Shown one piece after another: positions 30,708 through 38,802 of a stretch of 64,000 bases of DNA. Below the pieces are notes generated by a model. That model searched no databases. It had not been told where the DNA came from and worked only from the letters and a program-made list of their open reading frames with translations. The DNA comes from an uncultured Alphaproteobacteria bacterium (lineage in GTDB: Bacteria; Pseudomonadota; Alphaproteobacteria; Methylaequorales; Methylaequoraceae), in assembly GCA_902569095.1 (NCBI GenBank), contig CACFSX010000001.1, positions 9,575 to 73,574 on the forward strand, given 5' to 3'. A program made the translations under genes and the position numbers. Every line of letters begins with the position of its first letter. Position 1 is the stretch's first letter.

Positions 30708-31742
30708 TTGAAAAACCTAAGTTCTAAACTTATATCACATTTAACAAACGTAACTAAAATACATCCGAATTCTTGTCAGTTGGCTGTCGTCTCAAAAATT
30801 CAAGAGTTTGTCTCTGATTTTTCAAGACCTAGACTTCTTACATTAAAAAAAAACTCAAAAAACGGTTTATATATTCATGGCTCGGTAGGGGTTGGAAAAT
30901 CCGTAATTATTAAGGCTTTAAAAAAAATATATCCCCAATCAGAGATATTACATTTCAATGATCTAATTTTTAAACTTCAGTCGAGAAGCGAAAAAAACCT
31001 AAGTTACCTAAAAAATATCAAAAGAAAAAAATTGATATTAATCGACGAGTTCTTCATAAATAATCTTACTAGTTTTATTTTATTCAGAAAATTTGTAGAA
31101 GAAATTAAATTTAATAATACTAAAATTATTATGAATGGAAATAAAAGCCTTGAAACCGTCTACAATGACCTTGTTAACCCTAAATTATGTGAAAAAATAA
31201 AAAATGAATTAAAAGCTTTTTTTTTAATTTTCAAAGTAAAATCACGAAATGACTACAGAATTGGAAAAGCTATAGATCATGATTTTTTTCTAATAAAAAA
31301 AAAAAAAAAAATTATAAAACAAAATTACATCGTTAGTGAATTTTCAAGTGAGAGATCATCAAAACAGATAGAATTTAAGCGAAAAGGAAATTCTTTTAAA
31401 TTAACCAAAGTTTATGGAAATCTGATAGATTTAGAATTTGATGATTTTTTTGAAAAAAATCTAGAGTTTCAAGATTATAATTTAATAGCAAAAAAGATTA
31501 AAATCTTTGTTCTCAGAAATATCAAACAAATAGATGAAAGTAAAAAAAATATTTTAGCAAGGTTCATTTCTTTTATTGACGTTTTGTATGAGAATAAAAA
31601 TATACTTTCTATCTCTTCCAATGTAGAATTAGATGAATTATATATAGGAAATACAAATTCCTCTGAATTTAAAAGAACTATATCTAGGCTTAAAGAAATG
31701 GGAACCAATAAATATATTAATAAAAATTTAACGACAAATTAG
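30708..31742 (+). CDS. zapE: AFG1/ZapE-family ATPase (cell division protein ZapE)
   Basis: Walker A GLYIHGSVGVGKS, Walker B LILIDEF and a length typical of ZapE. The ORF track ATG at 30609 lies 97 nt inside sdhB. An in-frame TTG at 30708, 2 nt after the sdhB stop, is the more plausible start. Confidence 0.8.
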   Translation: MKNLSSKLISHLTNVTKIHPNSCQLAVVSKIQEFVSDFSRPRLLTLKKNSKNGLYIHGSVGVGKSVIIKALKKIYPQSEILHFNDLIFKLQSRSEKNLSYLKNIKRKKLILIDEFFINNLTSFILFRKFVEEIKFNNTKIIMNGNKSLETVYNDLVNPKLCEKIKNELKAFFLIFKVKSRNDYRIGKAIDHDFFLIKKKKKIIKQNYIVSEFSSERSSKQIEFKRKGNSFKLTKVYGNLIDLEFDDFFEKNLEFQDYNLIAKKIKIFVLRNIKQIDESKKNILARFISFIDVLYENKNILSISSNVELDELYIGNTNSSEFKRTISRLKEMGTNKYINKNLTTN

Positions 31743-31750
31743 TAAAATTA

Positions 31751-32695
31751 ATGAAATCTTTACAAGAAAATTTTAAAGATATAGAAGATGAAATAAATTT
31801 CTTAAAAAAGAAAAATAATGCCATTATTCTTTCTCATTTTTATCAAGATGAAGATATACAAGATATTGCTGATTTTATTGGTGACTCTCTTGATCTATCA
31901 AAAAAAGCTCAAAAAAATGATGCTGATGTCATCGTTTTTTGTGGAGTTAGATTTATGGCTGAAGTAGCTAAGATATTAAGTCCTCATAAGAAAGTTATTC
32001 TTCCAGATATCAATGCAGGTTGTTCTTTAGAAGAATCCTGTCAGGTAAATGAATTCCGAGAATTCAAAAAAAAATATCCAAATCACATTGTGTTATCATA
32101 TATAAATTGTTCTGCAGAAATAAAAGCTGAATCAGATATAATTGTAACATCATCTAATGCTGGGAAAATTATAGAGAGCATGCCTGCTAAACAAAAGATT
32201 ATTTTTGCTCCAGACAAACATCTTGGAGGATACCTCAACAAGATTACAGGAAGAGAAATGGTGCTTTGGAACGGCACTTGTATAGTTCACGAAACATTTT
32301 CTGAGAGAGAATTAATCAAAATGAAAGTTAGAACAGATGATGCAAAAATTATAGCCCATCCAGAATGTCCTGAAAATATTCTTAATCATGCTGATTTTAT
32401 AGGTTCAACCTCTTCCCTACTCAGATTTATTTCAACGAATAAAAATAAAAGATTTATAGTTGCAACAGAACCTCATATTATCCATCAGATGAAAAAAAAT
32501 GAGCCTAACAAAGAATTCTTAATAGCTCCAGGCAATGATGGAAACTGCTCTTGTTCGAATTGTCCATACATGGAACTTAATACTTTAGAAAAACTTAGAG
32601 ATTGTTTACTTAACTTGTCACCGGAGATTAATATTGATAACGAATTAATTTTGAAGGCAAAAAAACCTTTAAACACAATGTTAAAATTAAGCTAA
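31751..32695 (+). CDS. nadA: Quinolinate synthase
   Basis: 314 aa. Typical HFYQDEDIQDIADFIGDSL, FCGVRFMAE and IAHPEC segments with conserved Fe-S cysteines. Confidence 0.93.
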   Translation: MKSLQENFKDIEDEINFLKKKNNAIILSHFYQDEDIQDIADFIGDSLDLSKKAQKNDADVIVFCGVRFMAEVAKILSPHKKVILPDINAGCSLEESCQVNEFREFKKKYPNHIVLSYINCSAEIKAESDIIVTSSNAGKIIESMPAKQKIIFAPDKHLGGYLNKITGREMVLWNGTCIVHETFSERELIKMKVRTDDAKIIAHPECPENILNHADFIGSTSSLLRFISTNKNKRFIVATEPHIIHQMKKNEPNKEFLIAPGNDGNCSCSNCPYMELNTLEKLRDCLLNLSPEINIDNELILKAKKPLNTMLKLS

Positions 32696-32702
32696 AAATA
32701 TT

Positions 32703-33551
32703 GTGCCTAATAACAAACTTCTCAAAGAATCTTTTGAAAAACTTTGCAATGAACTAAAAAATGATCTGAATGGAGAAAGTATAAAAAATGATATTACTTC
32801 AAATAATCTTCTAGATGATAGCTCTGAATTTAAGTGTGAAATATCTAACAGAGAAAATATTATTTTATGTGGAGCAGAGTTCGTTAGACACTTCTTTAAA
32901 AAAAAATTTCCCAAAATTAAAATTAAATCTTTTTATAAAGATGGAGCAAAATTAAATAAAAATTCAAAAATCTTCAGTATATCCGGCAACTCAAAAGTGA
33001 TTCTAGCAACTGAACGAACAGTTTTAAATTTTTTACAACACCTCTCTAGTATTTCAACACTTACACATAAATTTATTTTGGCGATGAATTCAACTAACAC
33101 CAAATTAAAAAATACAAGGAAAACAACTCCTGGATTAAGAGTCTTCGAAAAATATGCAACAGTTATTGGAGGTGCCATTGACCATAGGATGGGGTTGTTT
33201 GATCAGATTCTTGTAAAAGATAATCATATAAAGGCATTAGGAAAAATTGAAACTGCACTATCAAAATTAAATAAAAAAAAACAAAAATTTCAAATTGAAT
33301 GCGAAAATATTGATGAAGTTAAAAAATCAATTAGTATGGGAGCCAAATATATTCTTCTCGATAATATGAGACCTAAAGAGATACAAAACTGTATAAAACT
33401 AAGAAATAACAAGAATATTGAATTTGAAATTACTGGTGGTATTTCTATTAATAATATTTCAAAATTTTCTAATTTAGGTGCAGATTATATTTCTACAGGA
33501 AAAATAACCAATTCTGCTAATTCAGTGGATATTGGTTTGGACATAATATAA
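32703..33551 (+). CDS. nadC: Nicotinate-nucleotide pyrophosphorylase (carboxylating)
   Basis: 282 aa, GTG start. Motifs ERTVLNFLQHLSSIST, TRKTTPGLR, KDNHI, LDNM and ITGGI. Confidence 0.92.
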   Translation: MPNNKLLKESFEKLCNELKNDLNGESIKNDITSNNLLDDSSEFKCEISNRENIILCGAEFVRHFFKKKFPKIKIKSFYKDGAKLNKNSKIFSISGNSKVILATERTVLNFLQHLSSISTLTHKFILAMNSTNTKLKNTRKTTPGLRVFEKYATVIGGAIDHRMGLFDQILVKDNHIKALGKIETALSKLNKKKQKFQIECENIDEVKKSISMGAKYILLDNMRPKEIQNCIKLRNNKNIEFEITGGISINNISKFSNLGADYISTGKITNSANSVDIGLDII

Positions 33552-33572
33552 AATCTTATTTAAGGTGGAATT

Positions 33573-34520
33573 TTGAACAAAGTCAGTCTCATAGGCGCCG
33601 GAAATATTGGGACAATATTAGCCTACAACTTAAGTCGTAAACAAATTGGTCCTATAACAATGGTTGATGTGGTGGAGGAGCTTGCAAAAGGAAAGTGTCT
33701 TGACCTCTCCCAGAGTCTTCCAATTGAGAATCTAAACATAAAAATTGAGGGAACAACTGACATTTCAGCAATTAAAGATAGTGCAGTGATAATTATAACA
33801 GCTGGGATTGCTAGAAAACCAGGTATGAGCCGAGATGATTTAATAGAAACAAATTTTTCTATCATGAATGAAATAGGAAAAGCTATTAAGAAATTTTCTC
33901 CATCGTCATTTGTTATTTGTGTAACAAATCCTTTAGATGCGATGGTATGGAGTTTAAAAGAGATTTCAGGAATAAAACCAAATATGATTACAGGGATGGC
34001 CGGAATTTTAGACTCAGCTAGATTTAGATTTTTCTTGTCACGAGAGTTAAATATTTCTGTAGAAAGTATTCAGACAATGGTTCTTGGAGGACACGGAGAC
34101 ACAATGGTACCTCTTTTAGATTTTACTTCTGTTGGAGGTATTCCAATTAAAAAATTTATTGAGAAAAGTAATATTAAAAAAGAAAAATTAGAACAAATTG
34201 TTGATAGAACACGAAATGGAGGGGGGGAGGTTGTGTCATTAATGAAAAATAGTTCAGCTTTCTATTCACCTGCATGTAGTGCAATTGAAATGCTTGAATC
34301 TTATCTTTACGATCAAAAAAAAATACTACCTTGTTCTGCTTTTTTAAATGGGGAATATGGAGTTAAAGGACTATTCGTTGGTGTGCCAGTTATAATAGGT
34401 GAAAAAGGTATTGAAAAAATCATTGAACTGGATTTATCAAATCAATCCAAAAAAGAATTTCAAAAATCAGTTGAGGCAGTTGAGCAATTAGTTAAAAAAT
34501 GTAAAAAATTACTGGTGTAA
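33573..34520 (+). CDS. mdh: Malate dehydrogenase (LDH-like type)
   Basis: 315 aa. TTG start preceded by the strong SD AAGGTGG. Motifs IGAGNIG, ITAGIARKPGMSRDDL and GGHGDTMVP. Confidence 0.95.
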   Translation: MNKVSLIGAGNIGTILAYNLSRKQIGPITMVDVVEELAKGKCLDLSQSLPIENLNIKIEGTTDISAIKDSAVIIITAGIARKPGMSRDDLIETNFSIMNEIGKAIKKFSPSSFVICVTNPLDAMVWSLKEISGIKPNMITGMAGILDSARFRFFLSRELNISVESIQTMVLGGHGDTMVPLLDFTSVGGIPIKKFIEKSNIKKEKLEQIVDRTRNGGGEVVSLMKNSSAFYSPACSAIEMLESYLYDQKKILPCSAFLNGEYGVKGLFVGVPVIIGEKGIEKIIELDLSNQSKKEFQKSVEAVEQLVKKCKKLLV

Positions 34521-34600
34521 TCTACCAAATTCATATATGCTCCTCGCTTAAGTAACAAATTCATATGCTTTGAATTCTTAACCTTTTTGGGAATTAAAAA

Positions 34601-35770
34601 ATGGACATTCACGAGTATCAAGCAAAACAACTGCTCTCTAAATTTGGAGTAAACGTACCTCCGGGCGAAGTAGTTTATCAAACACACGAAGCAGAAAATA
34701 TAGTATCTTGGCTTAACGAAGATAAAATTGTTGTAAAAGCCCAGGTTCATGCTGGAGGTAGAGGAAAGGCTGGGGGCATTAAAGTATGTTCTGGAGACGA
34801 ACAAGTTGTAAAAACAGTTGACAAAATGATCGGAATGAAAATCATTACACCCCAAACCTCAGAATCAGGGAAAACAGTAAGAAGAGTTTATTTAGAAAAA
34901 GGGTATGACGTCCAAAAAGAACTGTATCTATGTATCACTGTAGATCGAGAAACAGGAGGAAACACTATTATATATTCTAGAAAAGGCGGTGTAAATATTG
35001 AAGAGGTATCAGAAAAAACTCCTAATGAAATTCATAATATGAAAATTGCTCCAGGTTCTGATTTGCTTACCCATCATGCTAGAACGATAGTTTATAACCT
35101 TGGTCTTAAAGGAGCAATCGCTAAAAAAGCTCAAAAAAATATACTCTCAGTTTATAAAGCATTCGTATCACTGGATGCTGCTATGATTGAAATAAATCCG
35201 TTTGCTATCACAAAAAATGAAGATGTAGTAATTCTAGATTGCAAAGCTTCTTTTGATGATAATGCACTTTACAGACAAAGAACTGTAGCAGAAATGAAAG
35301 ACGAAAATGAGTATGACCCGCTAGAGTTAGAAGCAGCACGTCATGATTTAAATTATGTAAAATTGGATGGCAATATAGGATTAATGGTCAATGGAGCGGG
35401 GTTGTCAATGGCTACGATGGATATTATTAAATATTACGGAGGAGAAGCTGCAAACTTTATGGATGTTGCAGGTGCTGCCACACCTGAAAGAGTTGCAGCT
35501 GCCTTTAAACTTATTTATAAAGACCCAGACGTTCAGGGTATTTTAATCAATATTTTTGGTGGAATGATGAGGTGTAACGACATAGCAACTGGGCTCGTAA
35601 ATGCTTCAAAAGAAGTTGGACTAAATAAACCGCTTGTAGTAAGGCTTGAGGGAACAAACGTCGATATGGGTAAAGAAATACTAATAAATTCGGGATTTCC
35701 AATTAAACCTGTTGATACTATGGAACAAGCTGCACAAGATGTTGTAAAAATGGTTGAGGAAAATAGATAA
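34601..35770 (+). CDS. sucC: Succinate--CoA ligase (ADP-forming) beta subunit
   Basis: 389 aa. [13 protein letters not shown]-terminus, ATP-grasp domain and a GGIxRCD-like segment ([11 protein letters not shown]). Confidence 0.97.
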   Translation: MDIHEYQAKQLLSKFGVNVPPGEVVYQTHEAENIVSWLNEDKIVVKAQVHAGGRGKAGGIKVCSGDEQVVKTVDKMIGMKIITPQTSESGKTVRRVYLEKGYDVQKELYLCITVDRETGGNTIIYSRKGGVNIEEVSEKTPNEIHNMKIAPGSDLLTHHARTIVYNLGLKGAIAKKAQKNILSVYKAFVSLDAAMIEINPFAITKNEDVVILDCKASFDDNALYRQRTVAEMKDENEYDPLELEAARHDLNYVKLDGNIGLMVNGAGLSMATMDIIKYYGGEAANFMDVAGAATPERVAAAFKLIYKDPDVQGILINIFGGMMRCNDIATGLVNASKEVGLNKPLVVRLEGTNVDMGKEILINSGFPIKPVDTMEQAAQDVVKMVEENR

Positions 35771-36645
35771 TGGCTGTTTTACTCACAAAAGAATCTAAAG
35801 TAATCTGTCAAGGATTTACAGGAGCTCAGGGAACATTCCATTCAGAAAGAGCAATAGATTATAACACTAAAATTGTTGGTGGTGTTACACCTGAAAAAGG
35901 TGGTACCAAACATCTTAATGTTCCTGTATTCAATACAGTCGCAGAAGCCAAAAAAGAAACTGGATGTAATGCAAGTGGTGTTTTTGTTCCTCCTCCTTTT
36001 GCAGCTGACGCTATACTTGAAGCAGTTGAAGCAGAACTTGATTTGGTTGTTTGTATTACAGACGGAATTCCCACTAGCGATATGCAAAGAGTAAAAAGAG
36101 AGATGAAAGGGTGTAAGACAAGGTTAGTCGGTCCTAATTGTCCAGGTGTTCTTACTCCTGGTATTGGAAAAATTGGAATTATTCCAGGGCATATTTGTAA
36201 ACCTGGAAGAATTGGGGTGGTTTCTAGATCTGGAACATTGTCATATGAATCAGCTGTTCAAACAGCAGAATTAGGACAATCAACAATAATTGGTATAGGC
36301 GGAGACCCAGTTAATGGTACAAATTTTGTTGACGCCTTAGAATTGTTTTTAGATGACAATGATACGGATGGTATTGTTTTGATCGGAGAAATAGGAGGAA
36401 CAGCTGAAATCGATGGGGCAGACTTTATAAAATCATGGGATGGAAAAACAAAAAAACCAGTTGCAGCGTTTGTTGCTGGTGCTGCTGCTCCAAAGGGAAG
36501 AAAGTTAGGGCATGCTGGTGCAATAGTCAATAGTGGCGCAGAAACTGCTGATGCAAAAAAAGAAGCATTAAAATCTGCAGGTGTTGTTGTAGCTGATACT
36601 ATTACAACAATTGGAGATGCCATGAGAAAGGCGATGAAAATTTAA
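35770..36645 (+). CDS. sucD: Succinate--CoA ligase alpha subunit
   Basis: 291 aa. Motifs [20 protein letters not shown] and the phosphohistidine context GHAGAIV. Confidence 0.97.
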   Translation: MAVLLTKESKVICQGFTGAQGTFHSERAIDYNTKIVGGVTPEKGGTKHLNVPVFNTVAEAKKETGCNASGVFVPPPFAADAILEAVEAELDLVVCITDGIPTSDMQRVKREMKGCKTRLVGPNCPGVLTPGIGKIGIIPGHICKPGRIGVVSRSGTLSYESAVQTAELGQSTIIGIGGDPVNGTNFVDALELFLDDNDTDGIVLIGEIGGTAEIDGADFIKSWDGKTKKPVAAFVAGAAAPKGRKLGHAGAIVNSGAETADAKKEALKSAGVVVADTITTIGDAMRKAMKI

Positions 36646-36646
36646 A

Positions 36647-37171
36647 ATGGGTTCAAGTGCAATCATTTCTTTTCTGGGTGAAAATAAACCAAATCTTATT
36701 TCAGAAATTACTTCTTACCTCACAGACAAAGGTGGCGAATTTTCTGGAGTTACATTTGCTACACTTGGAAGAGTATGCGAACTTACAATGGTCTATCACA
36801 AATCAGAAAAAATAGAAATCAATGAAATTAGATCCGAGCTGGAAAAACTTCAATCTGCTAAAAACGGCAACTTCCAAGTCAAGCCTCTAGAAGCTTTCTC
36901 TGACGGTGGACCAACAACGAAAATTACCCATAGAGTTGTATTGTCAGGTGAAGATCAAAAAGGACTTCTTAATAAAATAATAAAAACGCTCAATGATAAT
37001 AATGCTTTGATTATTAGAATGAATACTGAAAAAATAACGTTTAGTGAAAAAACTCAATATATTTGCAGATTTGCTATCTCTATTAGAGATGAGAATGCTC
37101 CTCATTGCTTATCACAAATGGTAAAAGTTGCTGGCGAGATGAAACTTACCTTTAGGTACGAAACCTCATAA
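36647..37171 (+). CDS. Double ACT-domain protein (GcvR-like small regulatory protein)
   Basis: 174 aa. Two ACT-like halves, each beginning with a beta-strand plus G-x-(D/N)-(K/Q)-(P/K)-(N/G)-L pattern (AIISFLGENKPNLISEIT; RVVLSGEDQKGLLNKII). Size and layout resemble GcvR-type proteins (from memory). Confidence 0.55.
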   Translation: MGSSAIISFLGENKPNLISEITSYLTDKGGEFSGVTFATLGRVCELTMVYHKSEKIEINEIRSELEKLQSAKNGNFQVKPLEAFSDGGPTTKITHRVVLSGEDQKGLLNKIIKTLNDNNALIIRMNTEKITFSEKTQYICRFAISIRDENAPHCLSQMVKVAGEMKLTFRYETS

Positions 37172-37172
37172 G

Positions 37173-38081
37173 TCAGTCTGCACTTGGATGATTTTTTTCA
37201 AGGATTTCTCTCAAATGATCCTTATTTACAGAAGTGTACTTTTGAGTGGTGGATAAAGAAGAATGACCAAGTAGTTCTTGAATCGATCGCAAATCCACCA
37301 AATTCTGTAAAAGTTCTGTAGCAAAGGTATGTCTTAGAGAATGAGGGGTTGTATTTTCAGGTAATATCAACCTATTACGAATTTTTCTAACTAGTCTTTG
37401 AATAATCTCTGGTTTTAATTTTCCCCCTTTTTTCCCCAAAAAAATAAAGTCGTAAGGTTTCAGCTCGTATGGACATTCCTTTATCATTTTTTTAATAAAG
37501 ATATTAATCTCCATCGCAACTGGTATTACTCTAATTTTTCCACCTTTACCAGTTATTCTGAAATCCTCCATACAAATATCCTTTAATTTCAAGTCAAGAA
37601 CTTCACTGATTCTCAAACCATATCCCCACATAAGTGTTAACACTGAGAGATTTCTCATCATAATCCACTTCTCTTTTTCAGTTTTTATTTCATCTAAAAG
37701 TTTTAAAGTTTGATTCTCAGTCAAAGGTCTAGGCAAAGACTCTAAAAATTTTGGTCCTTTAATTTTTAAAATTTTTGAACCTTGAATTAGTTTTTTTGCT
37801 ATTAAAAAGGTAAAAAAACTTTTTAATGAGGATAAAGCTCTCGCGTTAGATCTATGGCTTAATCCTTTTTTTAACCTTTCATAGAACCAACTAGATAGGT
37901 CATCCTCATCTACATTAATAATTGTTTTAAGATCAACATTTGAATTGTTATGATTGCCCAAGAAATTTAAAAAAGATTTTAAATCAATGCAATAAGACTG
38001 GGAAGTTTTGAAAGCAAGCCTTTTCTCATTTTCTATCCACGATTTCCAATTGTTAAAAAATAAAATTATTTGTTTATTCAT
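37173..38081 (-). CDS. xerC: Tyrosine recombinase XerC (XerC/XerD family)
   Basis: 302 aa. Catalytic R...HSLRHTFATELL...LLGHSSLSTTQKYT residues. The preceding, overlapping DUF484 gene favours XerC over XerD (yigA-xerC synteny). Confidence 0.8.
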   Translation of the reverse strand: MNKQIILFFNNWKSWIENEKRLAFKTSQSYCIDLKSFLNFLGNHNNSNVDLKTIINVDEDDLSSWFYERLKKGLSHRSNARALSSLKSFFTFLIAKKLIQGSKILKIKGPKFLESLPRPLTENQTLKLLDEIKTEKEKWIMMRNLSVLTLMWGYGLRISEVLDLKLKDICMEDFRITGKGGKIRVIPVAMEINIFIKKMIKECPYELKPYDFIFLGKKGGKLKPEIIQRLVRKIRNRLILPENTTPHSLRHTFATELLQNLVDLRSIQELLGHSSLSTTQKYTSVNKDHLREILEKNHPSAD

Positions 38082-38769
38082 TAGAAAATTGTTTTAGCCT
38101 TTCTTGAACAACATTCGAAAGAAATAAAATAAAATCGAAAGCCTTGTTATTCAAAAAATGTTTTCCCTTGCTTCCAAAAACTAATAGAGAAGAAATAGAA
38201 AAGAAATCATGACTAAGAGAATAAATAGCATTAGAGTAAATTTTTCCGTTAAAACCATCAAATATCTTTAATTGATTGTCAACAGCATCCATTATCAGTT
38301 GATTTTTTTTCCCATAGACTTTATTAATTATATCTTCTTCTTTAAAAATTAGATCATATTTATCGGAGACAGTTTTATTACTTGTAACTATATTTACCAC
38401 CTCTAAATCAAATTTATGAGGTAACTCCTCTTTCAAGAAAATAAAAACGTCTTTGACATTATCAATTCGTAAAATATCTATTACAGATTCATGAATCTTT
38501 TGTTGGGTAATAAAGTTGTAACGAGCATTTGCTATAATATTTTTTTGAAAATCTTTTAAATTTTTAATTATCCAGTCTTTAAAAGAAACTACTTCTGATT
38601 TTTCATCATATCCTAAGTTACCCTTTATAGGGAAATTAACTCTTTTTAATATATTTGGATTGTTTACAAAGAAATCAGGATTCTTCTCAAGAAAATCAAG
38701 AACATGTTCATTTTTTATCTTTTTTCTAATCATCAAGGATAATAATATTTCATTCAATATATTAAACAA
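38074..38769 (-). CDS. DUF484 family protein (YigA-like)
   Basis: 231 aa. The N-terminal VLDFLEKNPDFFVNNPNILKRVNFP is typical of DUF484. 8-nt overlap with xerC. The start could instead be the Met at 38733. Confidence 0.7.
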   Translation of the reverse strand: MFNILNEILLSLMIRKKIKNEHVLDFLEKNPDFFVNNPNILKRVNFPIKGNLGYDEKSEVVSFKDWIIKNLKDFQKNIIANARYNFITQQKIHESVIDILRIDNVKDVFIFLKEELPHKFDLEVVNIVTSNKTVSDKYDLIFKEEDIINKVYGKKNQLIMDAVDNQLKIFDGFNGKIYSNAIYSLSHDFFSISSLLVFGSKGKHFLNNKAFDFILFLSNVVQERLKQFSNE

Positions 38770-38802
38770 TATATTGATAAAATATTTTGCTATAATTTTT
38801 AT

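Noticed and set aside
35842-36623. Several 70-120-aa ORFs antisense to, or out of frame within, sucD (e.g. 36258-36623 and 35859-36074).
   Set aside because: sucD is Gly/Ala/Val-rich, so its GC-rich codons suppress stop codons in other frames. The products are low-complexity and sucD is unambiguous. The same reasoning applies to 52156-52554 (antisense to proA), 60300-60710 (antisense to hisC), 42929-43273 (antisense to atpG) and 56363-56713.
35770-36645. Locally higher GC in sucD, atpD/atpA and the rpsP tail could indicate horizontal transfer.
   Set aside because: The elevated GC tracks Gly/Ala/Pro-rich, highly conserved protein sequence (amino-acid-driven), and the flanking synteny is the canonical alphaproteobacterial order.
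37173-38081. The tyrosine recombinase could be the integrase of a genomic island or prophage.
   Set aside because: It overlaps a DUF484 (yigA-like) gene, the standard xerC arrangement. Housekeeping genes (sucD/ACT, priA) flank it. There is no tRNA, no direct att-like repeats and no cargo genes.
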